From an uncultured Thermoleophilia bacterium (GTDB lineage: Bacteria; Actinomycetota; Thermoleophilia; UBA2241), in NCBI GenBank assembly GCA_963715985.1, contig CAVQSP010000010.1:96001-160000 (forward strand): a stretch of 64,000 nt of DNA. Direction: 5' to 3'. The number at the start of each line of letters is the position of its first letter. Position 1 is the first letter of the stretch. This document shows, piece after piece, positions 1 to 10,099 of this stretch. The position numbers and the translations under genes are program-made. Below the pieces are notes generated by a model that saw only the letters and a list, made by a program, of their open reading frames with translations, was not told the DNA's origin and did not search any database.

Positions 1-471
1 CGGACCGATCTGGTCACGGGCGCCATGAAACCCTCGGAGATCACAGATCTTCTCTCTCTTGAAGTGGAGCGCTGCCAGCGGATGGACCTCTCGCTTGGAC
101 TCATCGAGATGGCCGTGCAGCCCGCCGCCGCAGAGGCGGGCGAGGCGCAGCGGGCGGCAGGCCGGGAGGCCCTTCATACTGTCGGTGCGTGTCTGCAAGG
201 CTGCCTGCGCCGCTACGACGGTATCGGGATGACGGCCGCGGGAGACTTTCTGCTCGTGCTCCCGGACGTCAGCCGGCGCGGCCTCGCCGGCGCGGCGGAG
301 CGCCTGCGCCGCGAGGTGGGCGCGTGTGCACAAGGCCTGGATTGGGTGCAGCCGGTACTCGTCCTCTCGCACTACGACTACGTGGACGCGAGCGCGGCGG
401 AGATGCTGCAGGCTCTCACGCAAAGCCTCGACGAAGCGAGGTCAGTGGGCCAGTCGCTCGCCTGGTCCTGA
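1..471 (+). CDS. GGDEF-domain protein, degenerate active site, 5'-partial
   Basis: Frame open from base 1 (RTDLVTGAM.., like the DxLTG start of GGDEF domains); RRYD I-site followed by AAGDFLLVLP in place of GGDEF. Confidence 0.75.
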   Translation, partial: RTDLVTGAMKPSEITDLLSLEVERCQRMDLSLGLIEMAVQPAAAEAGEAQRAAGREALHTVGACLQGCLRRYDGIGMTAAGDFLLVLPDVSRRGLAGAAERLRREVGACAQGLDWVQPVLVLSHYDYVDASAAEMLQALTQSLDEARSVGQSLAWS

Positions 472-475
472 CGAC

Positions 476-913
476 TCAGGCCTCGCCCTGCTCGCCGAGG
501 GCGTCGGCGGCGCGCCGCACCATCTCGCGCTCGTTGGGGTAGGTCATCAGGCGAAGGGCTTCCCTGAGCCGCACCCAGCGCGCCTCGCTCACTTCGTGGT
601 CGTGGTTGGCGGTGTCGCCGCCGGTGGCGTGCATCAGGAAGTAGTGCACCGTCTTGTGGATCCGGCCACCCTCTTCCCGCGAGTAGAAGGAGTAGTCGAT
701 GGAGCCCAGCTCGGTGTCCACGACGCCGGCGATGCCGGTCTCCTCGGCGACCTCGCGCACGGCGGCCTGCGGCGGCGTCTCGCCGGCCTCGATGCCGCCC
801 TTGGGCAAGCCCCACACGGAGCGTCCCGTCGGGCGGATGAGGCAGATCTGCGTGCCGTCGTCATTGCGCACGACGACGCCGCCGGCAGAGGTCTTCTCGC
901 GTGGTCCGGGCAC
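476..913 (-). CDS. NUDIX hydrolase
   Basis: Nudix box GGIEAGETPPQAAVREVAEETG, SAGGVV at N-terminus; GTG start at 913 inferred. Confidence 0.9.
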   Translation of the reverse strand: MPGPREKTSAGGVVVRNDDGTQICLIRPTGRSVWGLPKGGIEAGETPPQAAVREVAEETGIAGVVDTELGSIDYSFYSREEGGRIHKTVHYFLMHATGGDTANHDHEVSEARWVRLREALRLMTYPNEREMVRRAADALGEQGEA

Positions 914-983
914 GGTCCCTCGTGCTTTCTGGGGAGGGTCAAGGCTGCCTCGTAGTATATCGTTCGGCGGCCGGTGCGGCCTG

Positions 984-989
984 TAGAAT
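984..989 (+). promoter_or_regulatory. -10 element (TAGAAT) of probable leaderless transcript
   Basis: TAGAAT 6 nt upstream of ATG 996, no Shine-Dalgarno sequence before that ATG. Confidence 0.55.
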
Positions 990-995
990 CGTCGG

Positions 996-2339
996 ATGGG
1001 GCGCACCATGGACAGTCTCGCCGCCCTCGGCGAGCCTGAGTTTCGCAAGCTCTTCATCGGGCAGGCGACCTCAGTGGTCGGCTCGATGTTCCGTGTGGTG
1101 GCGCTGCCGTTCGCCGTGCTCGCGATCGGTGGCACGGCCACCGACATCGGCGTCGTGGAGGCCGCCGGCCTGATCCCCCTGGCCGTGCTCGTCCTCGTCG
1201 GCGGCGTGTGGGCTGACCGCCTGCCGCGCCGTACCGTCATGCTCGTCGCCGACGTCGCGCGCACAGTCCTGCAACTCGTCGCCGCGGGGCTGCTCGTGGC
1301 CGGCGTCGCGGAGGTGTGGCAGCTCGCTCTCCTGCAGGTCGGCATGGGCGTGAGCGAAGCCTTCTTCGGCCCCGCTTACACAGGTCTTGTGCCCGAGGTC
1401 GTGAGCTCTCCCCGCCTGCAGCAGGCCAACGCCCTGCAGGGCCTGGTCTCGAGCGGCGCCATCACCCTCGGCGCCACCCTGGCCGGATTGCTGGTGGCGG
1501 CCTTCGGCCCCGGGTGGGCGATCGGCATCGACGCGCTGAGCTACCTGGTCAGCGCGGCCTTTCTGTGGCGGCTGCGGCCGGCCCGGTTCCTGGGGCAGGC
1601 CCGCGGCGGCGCGCCGGCTGCGGCCGGCCCCGGCCACGCCCTGGCCGGCGAGGCTGGTGCCGGCGGCGACGCCGTGTCGGCCGGCCGCCAGGGCTTCTTC
1701 CACGACCTGGCGGCCGGATGGCGCGAGTTCACGAGCCACACATGGATCTGGGTCACCGTCGCCGGCGCCGCCCTGTTCCTGTTCGCCATCGACGGCCCCA
1801 TTCAGGTCCTCGGCCCCATCGTGGCGCGCGATGTGTACGACGGCGCCCGCACCTGGGGCTTCACCTCGGCCGCCATGGGCATCGGCCAGATCGCCGGCGG
1901 TGTGCTCAGCCTGCGCTGGCGGCCGCGGCGGCCGCTGCTCATCATCGCTGCGGGGATGAGCGTGACCGCCCTCCCGGTCGCCTTTCTCGCGCTCGAGGCG
2001 CCGGTGTGGACGCTCTACGTCTCGCTGGCGATCGTCGGCGTGGAGTGGGGCCTCTACGACCCCTTCTGGCTCACCTGCATGCAGCGCGTCGTGGCCCCCG
2101 ACATGATCTCGCGCGTCTCGGCCTACGACTACCTCGGCGTTCTCGCGTTCTACCCGGCAGGGCTGGCGCTCGCCGGTCCGCTGGCCGACGCGTTCGGGCG
2201 CTCCACGGTGCTCTGGGCGGCGGCCGGCACGGCCATCGTGGTGAGCGCCTTCCAGCTGGCCTGGAAGGATATCCGCGCTCCCCACGACATGGGGCCGCCG
2301 CCGGCTGAGAGGGCCGCAGAGACGGCCACGTCCGCCTGA
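996..2339 (+). CDS. MFS transporter (DHA3/macrolide-efflux-like)
   Basis: Many TM segments, GGVWADRLPRR motif A. Confidence 0.9.
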   Translation: MGRTMDSLAALGEPEFRKLFIGQATSVVGSMFRVVALPFAVLAIGGTATDIGVVEAAGLIPLAVLVLVGGVWADRLPRRTVMLVADVARTVLQLVAAGLLVAGVAEVWQLALLQVGMGVSEAFFGPAYTGLVPEVVSSPRLQQANALQGLVSSGAITLGATLAGLLVAAFGPGWAIGIDALSYLVSAAFLWRLRPARFLGQARGGAPAAAGPGHALAGEAGAGGDAVSAGRQGFFHDLAAGWREFTSHTWIWVTVAGAALFLFAIDGPIQVLGPIVARDVYDGARTWGFTSAAMGIGQIAGGVLSLRWRPRRPLLIIAAGMSVTALPVAFLALEAPVWTLYVSLAIVGVEWGLYDPFWLTCMQRVVAPDMISRVSAYDYLGVLAFYPAGLALAGPLADAFGRSTVLWAAAGTAIVVSAFQLAWKDIRAPHDMGPPPAERAAETATSA

Positions 2340-2342
2340 CCG

Positions 2343-2395
2343 CGCCTCGCATGCCTTAGCCCGCCTCGCACGCCTGAGCCCGCCTCGCACGCCCC
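2343..2395. repeat. 19-bp tandem repeat, about 2.8 copies
   Basis: CGCCTCGCATGCCTTAGCC / CGCCTCGCACGCCTGAGCC / CGCCTCGCACGCCCC. Confidence 0.85.
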
Positions 2396-2488
2396 GGCCG
2401 CAGGCATGCGCGCGGAGGCGATTTCAAGCAAGAACACCGTTGCACGTACTTCCGCTTGAAACAGGCGATTCGAACGTGTCTCGCCGCG

Positions 2489-2566
2489 GGGGCTGGGGTC
2501 GCCGGGCCGGAACCGGGGCTGGGCCCGCCGGGCCGCGACCGGGGCTGGGCCCGCCGGGCCGCGACA
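2489..2566. repeat. 26-bp tandem repeat, 3 copies
   Basis: GGGGCTGGGCCCGCCGGGCCGCGACC units starting at 2489, 2515, 2541 with few mismatches. Confidence 0.9.
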
Positions 2567-2602
2567 GGGGCCGCCTGGCCGCGGTTAGCGCCGCCGGCCG
2601 CA

Positions 2603-4429
2603 TTACAGCGCCTGGCCGGTAGCCTCCCACTCGGCGTAGAGGCCGGCGTAGCGCCCGCCCTCCACGACAAGCTGGTCGTGGGTGCCGCGCTCGACCACGC
2701 GGCCGCCGTCGATGACGAGGATCTCGTCGGCGTACCGCACGGTGCTCAGGCGGTGCGCGACGATGACGCTCGTGCGGCCGCTGAAGAGCACCTCCATGGC
2801 GCGCTCGATGCGGCGCTCGCTCTCGGCGTCCACGCTGGACGTGGCCTCGTCGAGGATCAGGATCCTGGGGTCGGCCAGCAGCGCTCGCGCGAAGCTGATG
2901 AGCTGCCGTTGCCCGGTGCTGAGCGCCGACCCGCCCTCCTGCACCTCGGTGTCGTACCCCTCGGGCAGCGATTCGACGAAGTCGTGCACGCCGACGATGC
3001 GGGCGACCCGCTTGACCTCGTCCTCGTCGGCGGAAGGCCGCGCGAAGCGGATGTTGTCCATGACGGAGCCGCTGAACAGGAAGGCCTCCTGCGGCACCAC
3101 GGCGAGCTGCTCGCGCAGCGAGCTCGCAGTGACCTGCCGCAGGTCGTGCCCGTCGATGAGGACCGCCCCTGCCGTAGGGTCGTAGAACCGTGCCAGGAGC
3201 TTGATGACCGTCGACTTGCCGGCGCCCGTGGCGCCGACGAGCGCAACGGTCCTGCCCGCCGGGATCTTCAGGTCGACGTCGTGGAGCACCGGCTTCTGAG
3301 GGTCGTACCCGAAGGTCACGCCACGCAGCTCGACCTCGCCGTGCACGTCCGGCAGGTCGACGGCGTCGGGCGCGTCGAGCATGTCGGGCTCGGTGTCGAG
3401 CACGGTGTAGATCTTCTGCACCGCGGCCATCGACGCCTGGAAGGTGTTGTAGAGCTGGCTGAGCTGCTGCAGCGGGTCGAAGAAGCTGTTCAGATAGCCG
3501 ATGAACGCCACCAGCACGCCGATCTCCAGGGTGTTGCCGCCGATGAGCGTGCCGCCGTACCAGAGGACGATGACTACAGCGGCGGCCGAGAGGAACTCCA
3601 CGAAGGGGAAGTAGAGGCCACTCTGAACGACGGTGCGCATGTTGGCGTCGCGATAGGCGGCGTTGGCGACGTCGAGCTTGTCGTAGTCGCTCTGCTCGCG
3701 ACGGAAGGCCTTGAGCACGCGGATGCCCGAGATGGACTCCTGGAGGTGCGCGCTCACGTCGCCGATCTTGTTGCGCACCTGGGCGTAGGCGCGCGCCGAG
3801 CGGGAGCGGAAGACGAGCGTCCCGCCGATGAGCAGCGGCATGATGGTGAGGGTGGCCAGGGCCAGACGCCAGTCGAGGATGAAGAGGAAGGCGATCGCGC
3901 CGACGAACGTCAGCGAGTTGGTGACGAGCGTCGTGACCCCGTCGGTGACGAGCTGGTCGAGGGCATCGATGTCGTTGGTGAGGCGGCTGACGATCCAGCC
4001 GGTCTTCTGGCGGCTGAAGAAGTCGAGCGAGAGCTTCTGCAAGTGGGCGAAGAGCTGGCGGCGCAAGTCGTAGATGACGTGCTCGCCGACCCAGCTCGTC
4101 AGGTAGGTCTGCAGGTAGCTGGCGCCGAGGTTGACGAGGCTGACGCCGACGAAGGCGACGATGACCCAGGTGAGGACGGTCATGTCCTTGGCGCCGATGC
4201 CCCCGTCGATGGCGACCTTGAGCAGGTAGGGGACGGCGAGGCCGCTCAGCGTGACGGCGATCATCGCGACAACGCTGAAGACGGCGCGGCGCCGGTAGGG
4301 GTAGGCGAGGCGCGCGAGCCGGGCGAGCTTGAGCTCGCGGGCCAGGTGCACGAACGCCCGCCAGCCACGCAGGTCCTCGAGGGCGGCGCCGCTGCCGTGC
4401 GGGCCGGAATGTCGGGACGCGGCAGCCAT
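2603..4429 (-). CDS. ABC exporter, fused TMD-NBD subunit (MdlB-like)
   Basis: Walker A GATGAGKS, LSTGQRQ, ILDEATS; N-terminal TM domain. Confidence 0.95.
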   Translation of the reverse strand: MAAASRHSGPHGSGAALEDLRGWRAFVHLARELKLARLARLAYPYRRRAVFSVVAMIAVTLSGLAVPYLLKVAIDGGIGAKDMTVLTWVIVAFVGVSLVNLGASYLQTYLTSWVGEHVIYDLRRQLFAHLQKLSLDFFSRQKTGWIVSRLTNDIDALDQLVTDGVTTLVTNSLTFVGAIAFLFILDWRLALATLTIMPLLIGGTLVFRSRSARAYAQVRNKIGDVSAHLQESISGIRVLKAFRREQSDYDKLDVANAAYRDANMRTVVQSGLYFPFVEFLSAAAVVIVLWYGGTLIGGNTLEIGVLVAFIGYLNSFFDPLQQLSQLYNTFQASMAAVQKIYTVLDTEPDMLDAPDAVDLPDVHGEVELRGVTFGYDPQKPVLHDVDLKIPAGRTVALVGATGAGKSTVIKLLARFYDPTAGAVLIDGHDLRQVTASSLREQLAVVPQEAFLFSGSVMDNIRFARPSADEDEVKRVARIVGVHDFVESLPEGYDTEVQEGGSALSTGQRQLISFARALLADPRILILDEATSSVDAESERRIERAMEVLFSGRTSVIVAHRLSTVRYADEILVIDGGRVVERGTHDQLVVEGGRYAGLYAEWEATGQAL

Positions 4430-6246
4430 CAGGCGGCGCCTCCCCAGGCGGCCGGGCCGGCTGCGCCGCCGGCCGCCGCCGGCTCCTCGATCTCGACCGC
4501 GTCCAGGTCGCAGTGCCTGGCCTCGGCGTCACCGAACATGTGCGCGTACAGACCGCCGGCGGCAATCAGCTCCTCGTGCGTGCCGCGCTCCTCGATGCGG
4601 CCGTGGTCGAGCACCACCACCTCGTCGGCGAGGGAGATCGTCGAGGGCCGGTGAGCGATGATGAAGGTCGTGCGGCCGCGCATCACTTCCTGGAGCGCGG
4701 CCCTGATCTTGAACTCCGTCTCCACGTCGACGCTGCTGGTGGCGTCGTCGAGGATGAGGATGCGCGGGTCCATGACGAGCGCCCGCGCGATGGCGATGCG
4801 CTGGCGCTGGCCGCCGCTGAGCGTGAAGCCGCGTTCGCCGACGACGGTGTCGTAGCCCTCGGGGAGGGCGGCGATGAAGTCGTCGGCCTGCGCGGCTCGC
4901 GCCGCCGCGCGGACCTCGTCGTCCGTCGCCTGCGGCCGCCCGAAGCGGATGTTCTCGGCGATCGAGGCGCTGAACAGGAAGGGGTCCTGCGTGACGATGC
5001 CGATGTGGCTGCGCAGATCGGCGGTCTGCAGGTCGCGCACGTCCTGACCGTCGATCAGCACGCGACCGGCGCTGGTGTCGTAGAAGCGCGGCACGAGGTT
5101 GGTGAGCGTGGTCTTGCCGCAGCCGGTGTGCCCGACGAGCGCCAGCGTGCGACCGGCCGGGACCTCGAGGCTCACGGCCTCGAGCACCGGCCGGTCCACG
5201 TAGCTGAACCAGACGTCCTCGAAGGTCACGGCGCCGACGGGCGGCCCGCCGTCCGGGCCGCGCAGCGGCCGCGCGCCGGGCCGCTCCGGCATCTCCAGCG
5301 GCGCGTCGAGCACCTCGTACACGCGCTCGCCGCTGGCGATGGCGCGCTGCGCGAGTCCGGTGAGCCAGCCGATGACCTGCGCCGGATAGACGAGCATCAT
5401 CAGGTAGCTGTAGAAGGCCACCAGCGAGCCGAGACTGAGAGAGCCGTCGATCACCTGCCGTCCGCCGTAGTAGAGGAGGAAGGCCACGGCCATGTTGGGG
5501 ATGAAGGCGATCAGGGGGATGTACACGGCCCGCGTGCGCGCCGCCGCCACGCTGGCCTCGAACACCTTGTAGCTGCGGTCGCTGAACTTCTCCAGCTCGT
5601 CGTCCTCGCGGGCGAAGATGCGCACGATGCGCGAGCCCACCACGTTCTCCTCCGCCGCCGCCGTGACGTCGGCGATCTTCTGCTGCACGTCCTTGAGGAT
5701 CGGCTGCAGGCGCCGGCTGAAGCGCACCGTGACGAGCAGCAAGAAGGGCAGGAAGGCCAGCGAGAGCAGCCCCAGGCGCCAGTCCAGCGCCAGCAGGATG
5801 ATCGCCACCGCGACCATCATCACGATGTTGGTGGCGAAGAACACGAGGCCGTACCCGAGGAACATGCGCACGTTCTGCACGTCGCTCATGGCGCGGCTCA
5901 TGAGCTGCCCAGTGGGCCAGCGGTCGAAGTAGCTGAAGGACTGCTTCAGGAGGTGGGACCACATGCGGTTACGCAGGTCGTACTCGATGCCGAGACTCGA
6001 CTTGCCGTTGGCGAGCCGGCGGCCGATGGCGACGACGAAGCGCAGCACGGCGATGCCCAGCAGGGCCAGTCCGTAGGTGACCAGCAGGCCGGTCTCGCCG
6101 CCGACGAGTGCGTTGTTGATGGTGAGCTGGATGATGCGCGGCACCAGCAGGCCGAGGCCCATCTGCGCGAAGGCGAGCGCGAAGCCCACGAAGGTGAGCC
6201 ACTTGTAGTCGCCGAGCAGCCTGAGGATGCGCCAGAAGGTCTTCAT
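4429..6246 (-). CDS. ABC exporter, fused TMD-NBD subunit (MdlA-like, non-canonical Walker B)
   Basis: GHTGCGKT, LSGGQRQ, ILDDATS (D replaces catalytic E); coupled to partner gene. Confidence 0.95.
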   Translation of the reverse strand: MKTFWRILRLLGDYKWLTFVGFALAFAQMGLGLLVPRIIQLTINNALVGGETGLLVTYGLALLGIAVLRFVVAIGRRLANGKSSLGIEYDLRNRMWSHLLKQSFSYFDRWPTGQLMSRAMSDVQNVRMFLGYGLVFFATNIVMMVAVAIILLALDWRLGLLSLAFLPFLLLVTVRFSRRLQPILKDVQQKIADVTAAAEENVVGSRIVRIFAREDDELEKFSDRSYKVFEASVAAARTRAVYIPLIAFIPNMAVAFLLYYGGRQVIDGSLSLGSLVAFYSYLMMLVYPAQVIGWLTGLAQRAIASGERVYEVLDAPLEMPERPGARPLRGPDGGPPVGAVTFEDVWFSYVDRPVLEAVSLEVPAGRTLALVGHTGCGKTTLTNLVPRFYDTSAGRVLIDGQDVRDLQTADLRSHIGIVTQDPFLFSASIAENIRFGRPQATDDEVRAAARAAQADDFIAALPEGYDTVVGERGFTLSGGQRQRIAIARALVMDPRILILDDATSSVDVETEFKIRAALQEVMRGRTTFIIAHRPSTISLADEVVVLDHGRIEERGTHEELIAAGGLYAHMFGDAEARHCDLDAVEIEEPAAAGGAAGPAAWGGAA

Positions 6247-6530
6247 CTGCGCACAAGCTTACCCGGAGGCTAACAGGGAGTCCTGACGGCGAGAGTCCTC
6301 CGGCCGCCGGCCGCGCGGCAGCTTCCCGGCCACCGGGTACACTCGGCGGCACAGTGGGGAGGCTTGGATGACGGACCCGGGCTTCCACGCCGTCCACTAC
6401 CGCTGGGCGTCCGACGGAACGAAGACGGTGAAGAAGGGGGTACAGGGCAAGGTGTGGCGGTCCGGCGGGGCCGAGGTGCGGGCACACGAGAGCGAGCGGA
6501 ACCAGGCGTGACCAACGAACGGGAGCCGAC

Positions 6531-7664
6531 ATGACGGGAGGCAGGGAGAGCGTCGTCGTCATCGGCGCTGGTCTGATGGGCGCTTCGGCGACGCTCGCAC
6601 TCGTGCGTCGCGGCCGCGACGTGGTGACGCTCGAGGCACGGGCCCCCGGGCATCGCGAGGGCAGCTCGCACGGGAGCACGCGTATCGTGCGGCGTTCGTA
6701 CCTGCAGCCGCACTACATCGAGATGACCGCGCGCGCTTCCGAGCTGTGGCGCGAGCTCCAGCAGCTTGCCGGCACGCAGCTGTTGACGATGACCGGCGCG
6801 CTCGAGTACGGACCCGGTCGCGAGCCGCGGCGGTACTGCGAGGCGCTCAGGATGGCCGGCGGGCACTGCGAGCTCGTCGCGGCCGAGGCCGCCCGCGAGC
6901 GCTGGCCGCAGGTGCGTCTCACGGGAGACGTCGCCTACTACCCGGAGGCGGGCGTCATCGATCCGGAGCTCGTCATCTCCGAGATGCTGCGCCTCGCGCG
7001 GGCGCTCGGCGCGCGCGTGGAGCATGAGACGCCGGTGCTCGCTCTCGAAGAGAAGGCCAGTGGCGTCCGTCTCCAAACGGCCGTCGGCCCCATCGACGCC
7101 GACACGGTGGTGGTCGCCGCCGGTCCGTGGCTTGGCCCACTGCTGCGCGGCGTCGTCGACCTGCCGCCGTTGACCGTCACGCAGCAGCAGGTCTTCCACT
7201 TCGCGCCCACGGCGGCGGCGCTCGCCGAGCGGTGGCCGGCGCCGTGGCCCGTCGTCGTGTATGGCGGCGGCGGGACCAACATGTACGCTCTTCCGGGCGG
7301 CCGCGACGGCCTCGTCGAGGGCAACGTGAAGGTCGCCGAACACGCCCCCGGGCCGGTGACGACGGCGAACGGGCGTGACGGGTGCATCGACCCTGCGGGT
7401 CGACAGCGCGTGGTCGACCACGTGCGCGACGCCTGGCCCGGACTCGACCCGGAGCCGGTCGCCGAATACACGTGCCTCTACACATGGACCAAGGACGAGG
7501 ACTTCATCCTCGACCGCTCCGGCTCCATCATCGTCTGCTCGCCCTGCTCCGGTCAGGGCGCGAAGTTCACGCCGCTGATCGGGGAATGGGTCGCGGACCT
7601 CGTCGAAGGCCGGCAGCTGCCCTACAGCGCCTTCCGGCTCGGACGAGCCTCCAGCCTGTCGTGA
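6531..7664 (+). CDS. FAD-dependent oxidoreductase, monomeric sarcosine oxidase/N-methyltryptophan oxidase family
   Basis: GAGLMG, GSSHGSTRIVR, CLYT (covalent-FAD Cys position), CSGQGAKF. Confidence 0.9.
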   Translation: MTGGRESVVVIGAGLMGASATLALVRRGRDVVTLEARAPGHREGSSHGSTRIVRRSYLQPHYIEMTARASELWRELQQLAGTQLLTMTGALEYGPGREPRRYCEALRMAGGHCELVAAEAARERWPQVRLTGDVAYYPEAGVIDPELVISEMLRLARALGARVEHETPVLALEEKASGVRLQTAVGPIDADTVVVAAGPWLGPLLRGVVDLPPLTVTQQQVFHFAPTAAALAERWPAPWPVVVYGGGGTNMYALPGGRDGLVEGNVKVAEHAPGPVTTANGRDGCIDPAGRQRVVDHVRDAWPGLDPEPVAEYTCLYTWTKDEDFILDRSGSIIVCSPCSGQGAKFTPLIGEWVADLVEGRQLPYSAFRLGRASSLS

Positions 7665-7771
7665 CTCCCGCGTCCGACGCCCCGAAACGAGGATGGTGAC
7701 TGCACGCACGTGAAGGACGGCAGGAAGGCGCGTCGCCGGTGGAGGCCGGGGCTGCGATATAGGATGTCCTC

Positions 7772-8734
7772 ATGAATGAGCGACCGTCCGGCGCCACCTT
7801 CCTCGGCGCCCCGCTGGAGCTTGACCCGCGGGTGGTCCCACGCGGCTTCGGCTATCTCGGCGCGCCGTACGTGACCCCCTACGACCCCGGCGTCGCCGAC
7901 CCGCCGTTCTCGGCCGGCGTTGCGCCCGGGGCCGCAGGCTCTTCGGCCTCGGCCCCCGCCGCCGTGCGCGCCGCCTCGTCCGTGTACGTGACGGAGCTCG
8001 ACCACTACGACTTCGACGTCGGGGCGGCCCTCGTCGAGCCCGGTTCGGCGCTTCCGCTCGTGGACTGCGGCGACGTACCCTTCGACGCTGGGGACGCCGA
8101 GGGCAGCGCCCGGGCCATCACGGAGGCCGCGCGCGCCGTGGCCGGCGCGGGAGCCGTACCGCTGGTGGTGGGCGGCGACCACGCGCTGCCGCCGTTCGTG
8201 GTGCGCGGCCTCGACGATCACGAGCCCGTCCACGTGCTGCAGATCGACGCCCACCTCGACTTCCGCGAGGAGGTGGGCGGCGTGCGCGAGGGCTACTCGA
8301 GCTGCATGCGCCGGCTGCGCGACATGCCGAGCGTGGAGACGATCGTGCAGGTCGGCCTGCGCGACGTGGGCAGCGCCCGCCCCGGAGAGGTGGCCGACGC
8401 CCTCGCCGCCGGCAACGTGCTGGTGCGCGCCGAGGAGGTGCACGAGGTCGGCGTGGACCGCGTGGCGGCGCTCTTCCCGGAGCGCGGCCGTGTGTACATC
8501 ACGATCGACGTCGACGGCCTTGATCCGAGCTGCGCGCCGGGCGTGCTGTGGCCGGCGCCGGGCGGCCTCCTGTTCTGGCAGGCCGCTCGGCTCGTGCGTA
8601 CGCTCGCGCGCCGCTGCCGGCTCGCCGGCATGGACGTGTGCGAGCTGGTCCCGGCGCGCGACCCGCAGGGCCTCACGGCCCTGGCCGTCGCGCGCCTGCT
8701 GATGATCGCCGTCGGAGCGGCCCCGCGGCCGTAA
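7772..8734 (+). CDS. Arginase/agmatinase family ureohydrolase
   Basis: GGDH, DAHLD, IDVDGLD metal-binding motifs. Confidence 0.9.
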   Translation: MNERPSGATFLGAPLELDPRVVPRGFGYLGAPYVTPYDPGVADPPFSAGVAPGAAGSSASAPAAVRAASSVYVTELDHYDFDVGAALVEPGSALPLVDCGDVPFDAGDAEGSARAITEAARAVAGAGAVPLVVGGDHALPPFVVRGLDDHEPVHVLQIDAHLDFREEVGGVREGYSSCMRRLRDMPSVETIVQVGLRDVGSARPGEVADALAAGNVLVRAEEVHEVGVDRVAALFPERGRVYITIDVDGLDPSCAPGVLWPAPGGLLFWQAARLVRTLARRCRLAGMDVCELVPARDPQGLTALAVARLLMIAVGAAPRP

Positions 8735-8801
8735 GCCGGCCCGGAGCCGTGCCGCGGCGTCGGAGCCAGAGGCTCTGCCTGCTGCCGGAGGAGGCGCAGT
8801 G

Positions 8802-9932
8802 ATGACCGCGTTGCCGACGTTCAGGCTCGAGGAGTTCCTGGGCCTCTGGGAGTTCAAGGCGCGCTACCACCTCACGGCCTCGGACGCCGAGAGCATGACC
8901 ATCGACGAGCTGCTCTCCCTCGGCGACGACGCCGACCGCGAGGCGTTCATGAGCCTGCCGCTGAGCTACGTCGACACATGGGGCGGCAAAGAGCTTCGCG
9001 AGGCCATCGCCGACACCTACGAGCGCGTGGACGCCGAGCACGTCCTCGTGTTCGCCGGCGCCGAGGAAGCGCTGTTCTGGGCGCTCCAGGATTTCGTCGG
9101 CCCGGGCGACCACGCCATCGTCAGCGTGCCGTGCTACCAGTCGATGGAGACGGTCACGGTGGCTACCGGCGCCGAGGTGACGCCCCTCGTCATGCGCCCG
9201 GAGAACGGGTGGGCCCTGGACATCGCCGAGTTGCACACCCTGCTGCGCCCGAACACGAAGCTGATCGCCGTCAACTATCCCCACAACCCGACGGGCTACG
9301 TGGCCGACGAGGTCGACTTCTGCGAGCTGGCGGCACTGTGCGAAGTCCGCGACATCCGCCTCTTCTGCGACGAGGTCTATCGCGGCGTGGAGCTGGACGA
9401 GCACCTCACGCTCTCGCAGGCCGCCGATCTCTCGGACACCGCCGTGTCCCTCAACGTGGTGTCCAAGTCCTACGGCCTGCCGGGCCTTCGGGTCGGCTGG
9501 CTGGCGTGCCGCGACCGCGAGCTGCTCGAGCGCCTCGAGAAGCGCAAGCACTACACGGCCATCTGCAACGCCGGGCCGGCCGAGTTCCTGGCGACCATCG
9601 CTCTTCGTAACCGCGAGCGCATCTGGCGGCGCAACCGCGACATCATCGCCGCCAACCTGCCGTTGTTCGACGACTTCTTCTCGCGCTGGGCAGAGGTGTT
9701 CGACTGGGAGCCGCCGATGGGAGGCTGCGTCTGCTACCCGCGCTACAAGGGCGGGGACGTGGAGGACTTCTGCAAGCGGCTGCTCGACGAAGAGGGCGTT
9801 CTGGTCCTGCCCGCAAGCATCTACCGCTCGGAGCTCGCCGAGACCCCGACCGACCGCTTCCGCGTCGGCGTCGGCCGGATCGGGGTGGACGAGGGCCTGC
9901 ACGCGTTCGACCGTTTCATGCGCCGAGGGTAG
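8802..9932 (+). CDS. PLP-dependent aminotransferase class I/II
   Basis: NYPHNPTG, DEVY, SKSYGLPGLRVGW. Confidence 0.9.
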   Translation: MTALPTFRLEEFLGLWEFKARYHLTASDAESMTIDELLSLGDDADREAFMSLPLSYVDTWGGKELREAIADTYERVDAEHVLVFAGAEEALFWALQDFVGPGDHAIVSVPCYQSMETVTVATGAEVTPLVMRPENGWALDIAELHTLLRPNTKLIAVNYPHNPTGYVADEVDFCELAALCEVRDIRLFCDEVYRGVELDEHLTLSQAADLSDTAVSLNVVSKSYGLPGLRVGWLACRDRELLERLEKRKHYTAICNAGPAEFLATIALRNRERIWRRNRDIIAANLPLFDDFFSRWAEVFDWEPPMGGCVCYPRYKGGDVEDFCKRLLDEEGVLVLPASIYRSELAETPTDRFRVGVGRIGVDEGLHAFDRFMRRG

Positions 9933-10069
9933 CCGGCCGGACCGAGCCGGGTCTGGCCCGAGTAGTCCCGAAGACGTCACGGCGCGGCGCGTGTCTCGCC
10001 CGACCGCCTCCTGCGTCGGCTTCTGGCAGCGCGCGTACTTGTCCCGCGCGGGCCAAGCGAGCGCTCTGC

Positions 10070-10099
10070 TTGACGGACTTGCGCGCAGCGCCTTATGTT
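10070..10099 (+). promoter_or_regulatory. sigma70-like promoter
   Basis: TTGACG-N18-TATGTT about 170 nt upstream of the MttB-family gene. Confidence 0.4.

Noticed and set aside
2343-2566. CRISPR array
   Set aside because: Repeats are directly tandem with no unique spacers, and no cas genes are present
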